From Candidatus Levyibacteriota bacterium (GTDB lineage Bacteria > Patescibacteriota > Microgenomatia > Levybacterales > UBA12049), in NCBI GenBank assembly GCA_043823085.1, contig JBDRBE010000004.1, positions 269,992 to 333,991 of the forward strand: a DNA stretch of 64,000 bases, read 5' to 3'. The position numbers and the translations under genes are program-made. Below the pieces are notes generated by a model. The model had not been told where the DNA came from. It was given only the letters and a program-made list of their open reading frames with translations, and ran no database searches. Shown here in pieces: positions 6,733-16,049 of this stretch (the first letter of the stretch is position 1; each line of letters starts with the position of its first letter).

Positions 6733-8463
6733 ATGAGAAGTAAACAAATAGACAATCGTCTACAAATAATGAGACACTCATGCGCTCATCTTTTGGCTGC
6801 AGCAGTTTTGAAACTGTATCCAGACGTAAAACTTGGAATGGGACCTGCAATTGACAATGGGTTTTATTATGATTTTGAGTTTAAAAATGTAATTTCAAAA
6901 GATGATCTTCTAAAAATCGAGGAAGAAATGTTAAAGATTAAAAAAAAATGGAAGAAATTTGAACACTTTACAAAATCAGTTAACGAAGCCAGGGAAATTG
7001 AAAAAAACCAGCCATACAAATTAGAATTAGTCAGAGAACTTGCAAAACAAAATAAAAATTTTTCTTTTTACAAATCCGGTGATTTTGTTGATCTTTGCCT
7101 TGGACCGCACGTAAAAAATGCTAAAGAAATCGGCGCTTTCAAACTTACTTCAATTGCCGGCGCCTACTGGAAAGGCAATGAAAAAAACCCAATGCTGACA
7201 AGAATATACGGCATATGTTTTAAAACTCAAGAAGAATTAAATAAATATCTTTCCCAAAAATTACTGGCCAGTAAAAACGACCATAAAAGAATAGGCAGCG
7301 AGCTTGATCTTTTTAGCTTTCATCCGGAAGCTCCCGGATTTGTTTTCTGGCATGCGAATGGACAAAGGATGCGAAAACCGCTGGTAAATTTCTGGCAGAA
7401 AATGCACGATAAAGCAGGGTATGAAGAGGTTTCGACCCCCATTCTTCTTTCCGAAGAGCTTTGGAAAAAATCAGGCCACTGGCAGAATTATAAAGATAAG
7501 ATGTACTTTACTAAAAAGGAGAACAAAACACTTGCCCTAAAACCGATGAATTGCCCCGGAATGATGTTAATTTATAAGAATAATCCGCATTCTTACAAAG
7601 AGTTACCTATCAGATGGAGAGAGCTTGGGCTAGTTCATCGTCATGAACCATCCGGAGTTTTAAACGGATTGCTTCGCGAAAGAGCTTTTCGCCAGGATGA
7701 CGCTCATATTTTCTGTCAGGAAAATCAAGTTGAAGAAGAAGTTAAAAAGATTGTAAAATTGGAGCTTGAAATTTATTCTGCTTTCCACTTTGAAAAAATT
7801 CGTATTGAATTATCCACTCGGCCAAAAAAATCTATAGGTACAAGCAAAATGTGGAATACGGCTGAAAAAATTCTAAAAAAAGTCTTAAAAGATTTAAAAT
7901 TAGATTATGATATAAGCGAAGGCGAAGGAGCGTTTTACGGTCCTAAAGTTGATTTTCACTTAACTGATTCTCTGGATCGACCCTGGCAGTGCGGAACGAT
8001 TCAGGTGGATTTTGCTATGCCAAGTCAATTTGATTTAATATATATTGATAAAGATGGAAGTAAAAAATGTCCGGTTATGATCCATCGGGCTGTTTTTGGT
8101 TCATTTCATAGATTTTTCGGCATACTTATTGAACACTACGGAGGAGTGTTCCCTTTATGGCTTGCTCCGGTGCAGGTAAAAATTATTCCGATTACAGATG
8201 GGCAAAAAGACTTTGGAGAAATTATTTTGGAGCTTTTCCGAGGAGAAGGTATTAATGTTGACTTTGACGATAGATCAGAAACAATGCAAGCCAAAATCAG
8301 AGATGCCACTTTACAAAAAGTACCTTATATGGCTATAATAGGGGATAAGGAAATTGCAACGAACAGTGTTTCGGTCCGAACCAGAGATGGAAAAAATCTC
8401 GGAGCGATGAGAGTTTCGGAATTTTTACAAAAGTTAAAAGAAGAAATTGATAAAAAGATTTAG
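6733..8463 (+). CDS. thrS: Threonine--tRNA ligase, lacking the N-terminal TGS domain
   Basis: RHSCAH, DLCLGPH, LKPMNCP, GEGAFYGPK, WQCGTIQ motifs. Confidence 0.98.
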   Translation: MRSKQIDNRLQIMRHSCAHLLAAAVLKLYPDVKLGMGPAIDNGFYYDFEFKNVISKDDLLKIEEEMLKIKKKWKKFEHFTKSVNEAREIEKNQPYKLELVRELAKQNKNFSFYKSGDFVDLCLGPHVKNAKEIGAFKLTSIAGAYWKGNEKNPMLTRIYGICFKTQEELNKYLSQKLLASKNDHKRIGSELDLFSFHPEAPGFVFWHANGQRMRKPLVNFWQKMHDKAGYEEVSTPILLSEELWKKSGHWQNYKDKMYFTKKENKTLALKPMNCPGMMLIYKNNPHSYKELPIRWRELGLVHRHEPSGVLNGLLRERAFRQDDAHIFCQENQVEEEVKKIVKLELEIYSAFHFEKIRIELSTRPKKSIGTSKMWNTAEKILKKVLKDLKLDYDISEGEGAFYGPKVDFHLTDSLDRPWQCGTIQVDFAMPSQFDLIYIDKDGSKKCPVMIHRAVFGSFHRFFGILIEHYGGVFPLWLAPVQVKIIPITDGQKDFGEIILELFRGEGINVDFDDRSETMQAKIRDATLQKVPYMAIIGDKEIATNSVSVRTRDGKNLGAMRVSEFLQKLKEEIDKKI

Positions 8464-9088
8464 AAAAAATCAAGTAAGAGTTTTTTATCGGACAAACGAG
8501 CGAATATATGCTGTAACGCTTCGTGTTTTAGATAGCGAAGGTAAGCAAATTGGGGTTCTTAGCAAATTTGACGCTTTAAAAAAAGCAAGAGATTTAAATT
8601 TAGATCTAGTCGAAGTAGCTCCGATGGCAAAACCTCCTGTTGCCAAAATAATTGATTTTAAAAAATTTTTGTATCAACAGGCAAAGAAAAAAAAGGAAGA
8701 AAAGAAAAAAAACAAAGTTTCCGAAACAAAAGAGATTAGACTCGGGCCTTTTATGAACGACCATGACCTTCAAGTCATGATTCGAAGAGGAAAAGAGTTT
8801 TTGGAAGACGGCGATAAAGTAAGATTGGTTGTCAAATTTTTTGGACGCCAAATAGCGCATCCTGAATTTGGCAAAAACGTTTTAGATAAAGTTGTAACGT
8901 CCCTATCGGAAATTTCGAAACTGGAGAGAGATCCTCATTTTGAGGGGAAACAATTGATTGCGATTCTTTCTCCTGCCCGCCATGGCTCTGCCAAAGGCGT
9001 TGCAGGCGGGCCGCAAAAAGCAAAAAAGTTCGCCAAAGAAGGCGAGGGAGATATTAAAAATGAGAAAAATAAAGAAATCAGTCAGTAA
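8447..9088 (+). CDS. infC: Translation initiation factor IF-3, non-AUG start
   Basis: NERI, LDLVEVAP.AKPPVAKIID, KEIRL; position between thrS and rpmI; start uncertain (TTG 8447 or ATA 8450). Confidence 0.95.
   Translation: MIKRFRKNQVRVFYRTNERIYAVTLRVLDSEGKQIGVLSKFDALKKARDLNLDLVEVAPMAKPPVAKIIDFKKFLYQQAKKKKEEKKKNKVSETKEIRLGPFMNDHDLQVMIRRGKEFLEDGDKVRLVVKFFGRQIAHPEFGKNVLDKVVTSLSEISKLERDPHFEGKQLIAILSPARHGSAKGVAGGPQKAKKFAKEGEGDIKNEKNKEISQ
8972..9010 (+). repeat. 39-bp family-A element in frame in infC
   Basis: CCTGCCCGCC...GCAGGCGGG; removal gives ILSPQK. Confidence 0.85.
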
Positions 9089-9251
9089 AAGATTTAAAGT
9101 TACCAAAAACGGTAAAGTTCTTTTTTCACATCAATATAAAGGACATAAAATGGTTAGTAAGTCTTCAAGGAGAAAAAGGAGGCAAAAAGAACCGGGAATC
9201 TTGAAGGGCAAATTCGCGAAAAAGATAAAAAAGATGTTGGGCAAAAGTTAA
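9060..9251 (+). CDS. rpmI: 50S ribosomal protein L35
   Basis: KKSVSKRFKVTKNGK; ATG 9060; synteny. Confidence 0.92.
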   Translation: MRKIKKSVSKRFKVTKNGKVLFSHQYKGHKMVSKSSRRKRRQKEPGILKGKFAKKIKKMLGKS

Positions 9252-9252
9252 A

Positions 9253-9290
9253 TTTGTCTCGCAAAGCGAGATCCTGCTATGCGGGACAAA
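9253..9290. repeat. Double-hairpin element (family C)
   Basis: TCTCGC-AAA-GCGAGA followed by TCCTGC-TAT-GCGGGA; similar to 24254..24284. Confidence 0.7.
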
Positions 9291-9442
9291 AAAGTAAAAC
9301 AAATGTTAGGAAAAGCCTGATGGGAAAAAGAGCAAGAAAAAATATAAATTTTAGGGAGACTCATTCCGAGAGATCGGCAACAAACTCGTACCGAAATTTT
9401 GGAAAGTCTTTAAAAGAAAAGTTTAACATAAAATTCGGAAAA

Positions 9443-9568
9443 TCTTGAAGTTAGAAGTGAGATTTTTTTGAGCTTGAATATTTGATTTCTTGAATTCTAG
9501 ATATCAAGATTTCAATTCGTCAGCTGACGAATCAAGATCAAAGACATCAAGGATATCCAACTTCAAGA
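9443..9568. repeat. Degenerate short-unit inverted repeat region with embedded 18-bp perfect palindrome
   Basis: TCTTGAAGTT...AACTTCAAGA ends; ATTCGTCAGCTGACGAAT at 9515-9532. Confidence 0.65.
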
Positions 9569-9581
9569 ATTCTAAACAATT

Positions 9582-9926
9582 ATGGCGAGAATTAAAAGGG
9601 GAGTAGTGTCCCGAAGAAAGCATAAAAAATTACTGGGCAAAACAAAAGGTTTTCGCGGAACAAAAAGCAAACTGACAAGAGTCGCTCACGAAGCGGCTTT
9701 ACACGCGGGGGCTTATGCGTATCATGGAAGAAAGATTAGAAAAAGAGATTTTCGCGCTCTTTGGATAACCAGAATTAGTGAAGCTGTAAAACCCCAAGGC
9801 ATTTCCTACAGTGTTTTTATGAATCAATTAAAAAAAGCAAACATTGAGCTGGATAGAAAAATTTTAAGCGATCTTGTTTTAAATGATCCGGCAACTTTTA
9901 AAAAACTTGTTGCATCTGTAAAGTAA
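9582..9926 (+). CDS. rplT: 50S ribosomal protein L20
   Basis: MARIKRG, KRDFRALWITRI, LDRKILS. Confidence 0.97.
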   Translation: MARIKRGVVSRRKHKKLLGKTKGFRGTKSKLTRVAHEAALHAGAYAYHGRKIRKRDFRALWITRISEAVKPQGISYSVFMNQLKKANIELDRKILSDLVLNDPATFKKLVASVK

Positions 9927-9929
9927 ATC

Positions 9930-10070
9930 TGATATAATTATTTTTAATATGAAACAATCTAGCAATGTAATCATCTTTGGTTTCTTTTTTACTTCCCAGA
10001 CCGGGAGGTTTTTAATGTCTTAAAAAAATAAAAGACAAAAAGAACAACCTCCCGAGAAGGGAGGTTTTTT
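9930..10070 (+). promoter_or_regulatory. Phe attenuator (pheM-like)
   Basis: TGATATAAT; leader with F-G-F-F-F; hairpin CTTCCC-AGACC-GGGAGG; terminator AACCTCCC-GAGAA-GGGAGGTT-T4; 2:3 antiterminator GGGAGGTT/AACCTCCC. Confidence 0.85.
9949..10023 (+). CDS. Phe-rich leader peptide MKQSSNVIIFGFFFTSQTGRFLMS
   Basis: Clustered Phe codons between rplT and pheS, the position of E. coli pheM. Confidence 0.8.
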   Translation: MKQSSNVIIFGFFFTSQTGRFLMS

Positions 10071-10092
10071 AATGGCAAAGGAGGTGAATTAT

Positions 10093-10278
10093 ATGAGTAA
10101 ATCAGAGTGTTTACAATTAAAAACTGGTAGCTGTATGGGATGTAGTGTCTTAGAGATAGTTTTACGAAAAGGAAGAGAAGGACAAGTTGACGATATTGCT
10201 AAAAGAGTTGGCAAAAGTCTTTGCCCTGAGGGAATGCGACCAAGGGCTATATCGAAACCGAAACGTAAAATGTGGTAG
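10093..10278 (+). CDS. Small orphan protein with 4 Cys
   Basis: Strong SD AAGGAGGTGA before ATG 10093; C..CxxC..CP pattern. Confidence 0.6.
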   Translation: MSKSECLQLKTGSCMGCSVLEIVLRKGREGQVDDIAKRVGKSLCPEGMRPRAISKPKRKMW

Positions 10279-10316
10279 GTTTTAAAAAAAATTATTAAAA
10301 AAGGAGGTGATAAATT

Positions 10317-10595
10317 ATGGCAATTGCTGAAAGAAGTGCAGAAATTGGAATAACCGAAGCACTGGAAAAACTTGACGAAGTATCACGTGTAGCAAGAATA
10401 GAAAGAGAGCATGGAACACTCTCGGGAAAAAACATAATACCCGACTTAACAAGAAAAGCTAGAGAAAAAAGAATCACAACTATAATTAATGGAAAACATC
10501 CAGATTTAGATAGTGTTCCAAACATATATCGAGATAGTGTTTTCTCTGGAAAAACTTTAATAGTAGATGGGTATGGTGTCCACGTAGTTTCGTAG
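10317..10595 (+). CDS. Small orphan protein
   Basis: Strong SD AAGGAGGTGA; 92 aa. Confidence 0.65.
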   Translation: MAIAERSAEIGITEALEKLDEVSRVARIEREHGTLSGKNIIPDLTRKAREKRITTIINGKHPDLDSVPNIYRDSVFSGKTLIVDGYGVHVVS

Positions 10596-10662
10596 TTTCA
10601 AACTATTAAAATCTTTTAGAAAGCATAATGAAAAAAAGCCTTCACTATGATATTCTTAGAAT

Positions 10663-11721
10663 ATGGAAGAAGAGTTGATTGGTATTAAAAATGCCGCGGT
10701 TTCGCTTATTTTTGACGCCAAAGATAAGAAAACACTTGAAGAAACTAAACTTCAGTTTTTAGGAAGAAGCGGAAAATTAACTTTGGCAATTAAAGAAATT
10801 ATCAAAGTTCCCCTTATTAAAAGAGCAGAAATAGGAAGACTTGCCAACGAGGTTAAACAAGCGATAGAAGACGCGCTTGTGAATCAAGAATTAAGAATTA
10901 AGAATCTAGAATCAACGAAGCGAAAAGAAAATGTTGATAAAACTGTGCCCGGCATAAAACCAAAAATAGGCCATCTTCACCCAATGACGCAAGTTTTAAA
11001 TGAGGTTATTGATATTTTTAAAGGCATTGGATTCCAAGCTGCGGACGGGCCGGAAATAGAAACGGATTACTATAACTTCACTGCCTTAAACATGCCACCA
11101 AACGCACCGTCACGCGATACGCAAGCGACTCTTTATTTGGACACCCGAAATAGCAAAGCTGAGCCAGGACAAATTTTGTTACGAACCCAAACCTCTAATA
11201 TGCAGGTTAGGGTTATGGAGAAAACTAAACCACCAATCAGAGTAATAGTTCCGGGAAAAACATACCGCGTTGATGACGTAGATGCTTCACATAGTTTTGA
11301 ATTCTGGCAACTTGAAGGATTTATGGTGGATAAAGACGTTAGAATGACAGATCTTCTTGGAACAATTGATTATGTTCTTAAGCGCTTTATGGGAAAAAAC
11401 ACAAAAACAAAATTTGCCACAACTAATTTTTCATTCGTAGAGCCGGGAATCGACACGTATATGGAATGCACTGTATGCAAAGGGAAAGCCCGCCTGCCGA
11501 ACGGGCAGGGCTGTAGTTTTTGCAAACAAAGTGGATGGAGCGAAATAATGCCCGCGGGCATGATTCACCCAAATGTTTTAAGAGCCGCAGGTTACGATAG
11601 CCAAAAAGTTTCAGGATTTGCTTTTGCAATTGGCCTTTCAAGACTGACAACTCTCCGCTACCAAATGGACGATTTAAGATTATTAACCAATCCGGATTTG
11701 AGAATCCTTGAACAATTTTAA
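10663..11721 (+). CDS. pheS: Phenylalanine--tRNA ligase alpha subunit
   Basis: GHLHP, YNFTALN, LLRTQTS, DASHS, GFAFAIG motifs. Confidence 0.97.
   Translation: MEEELIGIKNAAVSLIFDAKDKKTLEETKLQFLGRSGKLTLAIKEIIKVPLIKRAEIGRLANEVKQAIEDALVNQELRIKNLESTKRKENVDKTVPGIKPKIGHLHPMTQVLNEVIDIFKGIGFQAADGPEIETDYYNFTALNMPPNAPSRDTQATLYLDTRNSKAEPGQILLRTQTSNMQVRVMEKTKPPIRVIVPGKTYRVDDVDASHSFEFWQLEGFMVDKDVRMTDLLGTIDYVLKRFMGKNTKTKFATTNFSFVEPGIDTYMECTVCKGKARLPNGQGCSFCKQSGWSEIMPAGMIHPNVLRAAGYDSQKVSGFAFAIGLSRLTTLRYQMDDLRLLTNPDLRILEQF
11489..11509 (+). repeat. 21-bp family-A element in frame in pheS
   Basis: CCCGCCTGCCGAACGGGCAGG; removal restores CTVCKGKGCSFC. Confidence 0.9.
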
Positions 11722-11724
11722 ATT

Positions 11725-13605
11725 ATGTTAGCACCTTTGTCTTGGTTAAAAGAATACGTAGACATTACACTCTCTCCAAAAGAGCTGGGAGAGAGATTAA
11801 CCGAAGTGGGTTTGGGGACGGAAAAAATTATAAAAACCGATGGTGATGTAATTTTTGAATTTGAAATAACTCCCAACCGCCCGGATCTTTTGTCAATTAT
11901 CGGAATTGCAAGAGAAATTGCCGCCGTTGAAAATAAATCAATAAAGTATCCGCGCTTAAAAACAAACCTCAAACCTAAAAAAATTCTGCCATTGATAATT
12001 AAAACCGATTCAAAAATTAATCCGCGGTTTACAGGAATAATTATTGACGGCATAAAAGTCAAAGAATCGCCGACTTTGTTAAAAGATAAACTAGTAAAAA
12101 TTAACCAGCGTCCGATTAATAATATTGTTGATATCACAAACTATGTAATGTTTGAGCTTGGTAATCCAATTCACGCTTTTGACTATGACAAAATCAAAGG
12201 ACATATCATGGAAGTAAAAAAAACAAAGGGCGGGGAGGAATTTAAAAGCGTTGACGGAATTTCATATCATTTACCAAAAGGGGCAGTAGTTATTTATGAT
12301 GACCAAAATTTAATTGACCTTTGCGGTATAAAAGGGGGATTTAACAGCGGGACTTTCGAAGATACTAAAACGATTTTTCTTCGTATCCCTGTTGAAGATG
12401 CAATACAAACCCGAAAAACTTCGCAGTCGCTTGGTCTCCGCTCTGAAGCGTCAAGCATTTTCGAAAGGGGAGTAAATACCGGCGGAACAGTTGACGCACT
12501 TATTAGATGCGTTGACATAATTCTTGAACTAGCGGGCGGACAAGTAGTAAGTGAACTTTATGATATTAAAGAAAAAAGTTTTTCTCCTTGGAGAGTGGAT
12601 TTAAGAATAGAAAGACTAAACAAAATTTTAGGAATCCAAATACCAATAAAAGAAGTTTTACAAATTTTAGAAAGTTTAAATTTCTTGCCAAAAATTATTA
12701 AAAAAAATATTATTCAAACTTTAATTCCAACTTATCGAAACGATTTAAAAATAGAAGAAGATTTAATTGAAGAAGTAGCCAGACTTTACGGTTATAATAA
12801 ATTTCCAAAAACCTTGCCTTTTGGTGAAATTCCAACCAAACAAATTCCATATTTTAAAGATTATCGAATTGACGAAAAAGTAAAAAGCATCCTTAATTCC
12901 TGCGGCTTTTCCGAAGTTTACACTTATAGTTTACTCGGTGAAAAAGATTTAATTGATTGGGAAATTAATCCGAACAATATCCTTCGAATAGATAATCCTG
13001 TGAGCAAAGAATTTGAGTATTTGCGACCAACGCTAAAGATTAATCTTCTTAAAGCTTTAAGGCAAAATCAAGCAAATTTTGAAGAAATTAATCTCTTTGA
13101 ATTAGGCAAAGCATATCTTGGAAAAACTGTCGACAAAAACACCGAAGATTATTATCTAAGTGCTGTTTCCAACAAAAAAAACTTCTCTGAAATTAAAGGA
13201 CTTGTCGAATATATTTTTGAAAGTTTGGGAATTAAAGACGACCCTGCAAAATATATCGAAATTATCGATGACGGCATTATTTTTGAAATAAATTATTCGC
13301 AGATTCTAGAAAAAATGAATCCTCAAAAAAAATTCTTGTCCATTCCAAAACATCCGCCGATTATTGAAGATTTGGCAATAGTTATTGGCAACAATATTGA
13401 AGTTGGAAAAATTATAGAGGAGATAAAAAAACAAAGCCCGCTAATTTCACATGTGTCATTACTTGATCAATATCAAAATTCAAAAACTTTCCACCTTGTC
13501 TATCAACATCGGGAAAAAAATTTGACAAACGAGGAAGTAGCAAAAATCCGCGAGAAAATTATAACTGCTCTAAAAGAAAAATTCCATGCAAAGATCAAGG
13601 AATAA
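11725..13605 (+). CDS. pheT: Phenylalanine--tRNA ligase beta subunit, short form without the B2 OB-fold
   Basis: EITPNRPDLLS, NNIVDITNYVM, PTYRNDL..EEDLIEEVAR; 626 aa. Confidence 0.95.
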   Translation: MLAPLSWLKEYVDITLSPKELGERLTEVGLGTEKIIKTDGDVIFEFEITPNRPDLLSIIGIAREIAAVENKSIKYPRLKTNLKPKKILPLIIKTDSKINPRFTGIIIDGIKVKESPTLLKDKLVKINQRPINNIVDITNYVMFELGNPIHAFDYDKIKGHIMEVKKTKGGEEFKSVDGISYHLPKGAVVIYDDQNLIDLCGIKGGFNSGTFEDTKTIFLRIPVEDAIQTRKTSQSLGLRSEASSIFERGVNTGGTVDALIRCVDIILELAGGQVVSELYDIKEKSFSPWRVDLRIERLNKILGIQIPIKEVLQILESLNFLPKIIKKNIIQTLIPTYRNDLKIEEDLIEEVARLYGYNKFPKTLPFGEIPTKQIPYFKDYRIDEKVKSILNSCGFSEVYTYSLLGEKDLIDWEINPNNILRIDNPVSKEFEYLRPTLKINLLKALRQNQANFEEINLFELGKAYLGKTVDKNTEDYYLSAVSNKKNFSEIKGLVEYIFESLGIKDDPAKYIEIIDDGIIFEINYSQILEKMNPQKKFLSIPKHPPIIEDLAIVIGNNIEVGKIIEEIKKQSPLISHVSLLDQYQNSKTFHLVYQHREKNLTNEEVAKIREKIITALKEKFHAKIKE

Positions 13606-13631
13606 AAAAGGTTCTATTAAATTCCAGTCTG

Positions 13632-15995
13632 TTATGGCGATATTGTTGGAGTTAATGTTGGCGTTAAAGTTGGAGTAATTGATATTGTTGGAGTTGGAGT
13701 AACTTCGGGATATTTATAATCGGAGGTTTCTGTTGGGGGGTAGTATTGCGAATCCGCCGCCGAATGATTTTCCTTTATCCAATCATTGATTCCATCCTGC
13801 CAGCGGTTTCTTCCATCAGTTGAAACCGGATCGGTTTCGGAAAAAACAAGGTAATCTTTAACATCATAATCTCCATGGTCTATCTCATCCTGATTAGCCA
13901 ATTTTTTATCCTGATGTTTTGAAACCTTAAGTTTTTTATAAATAGGCGATATTGCCGTCGGTTCTGTCCCCTTGATAAAATACTCAGATCGCGTAGGACG
14001 TCCATCAACCGGCAAGCCTCCGCCAAAAGCATCAATCATTACCGCCGTTACACCATCTGGTTTTTCAAAATCTTCATCCGACTTTCCCTTTAACGCCTCC
14101 AAGATAATTCTTCGCCAAATAGGAGCCGCGCCTGTCACACCGGAAGCAACATTTCCCATAGGAGAATTGTCATTATTTCCAACCCAAGTCGCAACCAAAA
14201 TACTTGGCGTCCAACCAATTGTCCAGTTATCCCTTTTATCATCGGTTGTACCGGTTTTGACAGCAATTGTTTTACCACTTACATTTAAATAACTGTTCAC
14301 TCCAAAAGTAATAAGCCTAGCATTATTATCTAAAAGCATATGAGAAATGATAAAGGCGACTTCCGCACTTATTGCTCTTCTTTTGGAAATATCCTTATGC
14401 TCATATAAAACATTTCCTTTGGGATCGCTGACTTTTAGAATTGCTATTGGCTCAACCCTATTTCCGCCATTTGCAAAAACTGTATATGCGGCAGCCAAAT
14501 CAATCGGTTTTACATCGCCTCCACCAAGCGTTAATGACAAACCAAAACGCTTTGTATTCTCATCTGTTGGCGAAAGTGTGGTTAATCCCATATCACTAGC
14601 TGTAGTCAGCATATTTTTAATCCCGACAAGCGATAAAAGTTTTACAGCAGGGATATTAATGGACGATCCCAAAGCAAACCGCAATTGCAAAGGCCCATGA
14701 AACTTTCCATCGTAATTAACAGGAATATAATCTTTTTCCCCCTGGTTTGGAAAAACAGTTTTTGTATCCATAATAAGAGTTGCCGCCGTGTAGCCCTTTT
14801 CAAGAGCCGCAGCATAAGTTACAGGCTTAATGGATGATCCAGGCTGGCGAATACCTTGCGTAATAACATTGAACTGTCCTTGAAAATTATCTTTTTTACT
14901 GGCCGATTGCGTGGCAAAAAAATCTCTGCTTCCAACCATCGCCAAAATCTCGCCGTTTCTTGGATTAAGAACAATACTGGCGCCGTTTCCAACATTCAAA
15001 TTTCTTGCGGCTGTTACTTCCTCGTTAACAATTTTTTCCGCTTTTTCTTCGAGTTTATAATCAAGGGTCGTTGTCACCTGCAAACCTCCTTGTTCAACCG
15101 CATTTTCTCCAAATTGTTTTATCAAAAGATCTTTAACATAAAAAGAAAAATGAGGCGCTTTTATTGATTGTCCGCTTGACTCAAAAGTTACTTTATCCAA
15201 TTGTTTTACCGCGTCATTTTCTTGTTTACTTGTAATATATCCGTCTTCCCGCATTCTTCTTAAAACTTCCTGCGCGCGGCCAATATAGGCTTTTGGATCC
15301 GGTCCATAAGGGGAATAATAAGAAGGACTTTGAGGAAATCCGGCTAAAATTGCAGATTCAACTAAAGCTAAATCTTTGGCTTTTTTTCCAAAATATCGCT
15401 CTGATGCCGCTTCGATTCCGACAGCCGGTCCGCCATATGGCGCCACATTTAAGTAAAGTTCTAGAATTTGATCTTTTGTGTACTTTCTATCAACTTGAAT
15501 TGATAGCATTAACTCCTTTATTTTTCGGGGAATTGATTTTTCCGAAGTTAGAAGAGCATTCTTTACCAACTGCTGAGTTAGGGTCGAACCTCCTGTTACT
15601 CTTCTGAAAAGAACAAAATCTCTTATGGCCCTCAAATATCCTGCAACTGAAAATCCTTGATTGGTATAAAAATTTTTGTCTTCAATAGAAATTGTTGCTT
15701 CCTGCAGAGTTTTGGGAATTGCATCCAAGGTAACATAAGTTCTATTTTGCTCTTGGTAAACATCATATAAAACAATACCGTTTCTATCCATTATTTTTGT
15801 GGACTGGGGAAGATTAGTAGATGTTAGTTTCCCTGGTGTTGGCAAATCACGGCTATACCAGATAAAAAGAAAAACAGTCAAAACAATCAGTCCAATTAAT
15901 CCAAAAAATGTAAATTTTGCCAGACGGCTTAGGAAGAGAATATTTGTCAATCTTTGTTTTAATCCTCCTCTTCGTCTTCGATAAAAATCCGCCAT
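13632..15995 (-). CDS. Class A penicillin-binding protein (transglycosylase/transpeptidase)
   Basis: EDKNF, GGSTLTQQLVKN, QPGSSIKP, SINIP, KTGT; Pro/Thr-rich tail. Confidence 0.95.
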   Translation of the reverse strand: MADFYRRRRGGLKQRLTNILFLSRLAKFTFFGLIGLIVLTVFLFIWYSRDLPTPGKLTSTNLPQSTKIMDRNGIVLYDVYQEQNRTYVTLDAIPKTLQEATISIEDKNFYTNQGFSVAGYLRAIRDFVLFRRVTGGSTLTQQLVKNALLTSEKSIPRKIKELMLSIQVDRKYTKDQILELYLNVAPYGGPAVGIEAASERYFGKKAKDLALVESAILAGFPQSPSYYSPYGPDPKAYIGRAQEVLRRMREDGYITSKQENDAVKQLDKVTFESSGQSIKAPHFSFYVKDLLIKQFGENAVEQGGLQVTTTLDYKLEEKAEKIVNEEVTAARNLNVGNGASIVLNPRNGEILAMVGSRDFFATQSASKKDNFQGQFNVITQGIRQPGSSIKPVTYAAALEKGYTAATLIMDTKTVFPNQGEKDYIPVNYDGKFHGPLQLRFALGSSINIPAVKLLSLVGIKNMLTTASDMGLTTLSPTDENTKRFGLSLTLGGGDVKPIDLAAAYTVFANGGNRVEPIAILKVSDPKGNVLYEHKDISKRRAISAEVAFIISHMLLDNNARLITFGVNSYLNVSGKTIAVKTGTTDDKRDNWTIGWTPSILVATWVGNNDNSPMGNVASGVTGAAPIWRRIILEALKGKSDEDFEKPDGVTAVMIDAFGGGLPVDGRPTRSEYFIKGTEPTAISPIYKKLKVSKHQDKKLANQDEIDHGDYDVKDYLVFSETDPVSTDGRNRWQDGINDWIKENHSAADSQYYPPTETSDYKYPEVTPTPTISITPTLTPTLTPTISP

Positions 15996-16049
15996 AAAAT
16001 ATAGTATACCAAATTTATCGTTTTATTAAAAATATGCTATACTTTGGCT

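Noticed and set aside
9254-9448. 64-aa ORF between rpmI and rplT
   Set aside because: TTG start inside a palindromic element, no recognisable motif; likely spurious.
13632-13710. Repeats at the PBP 3' end
   Set aside because: Ordinary Pro/Thr low-complexity tail.
13972-15984. Multiple 60-190 aa ORFs antisense to or overlapping long genes here and throughout the window
   Set aside because: Shadow ORFs opposite well-supported genes, with no independent motifs or start signals.
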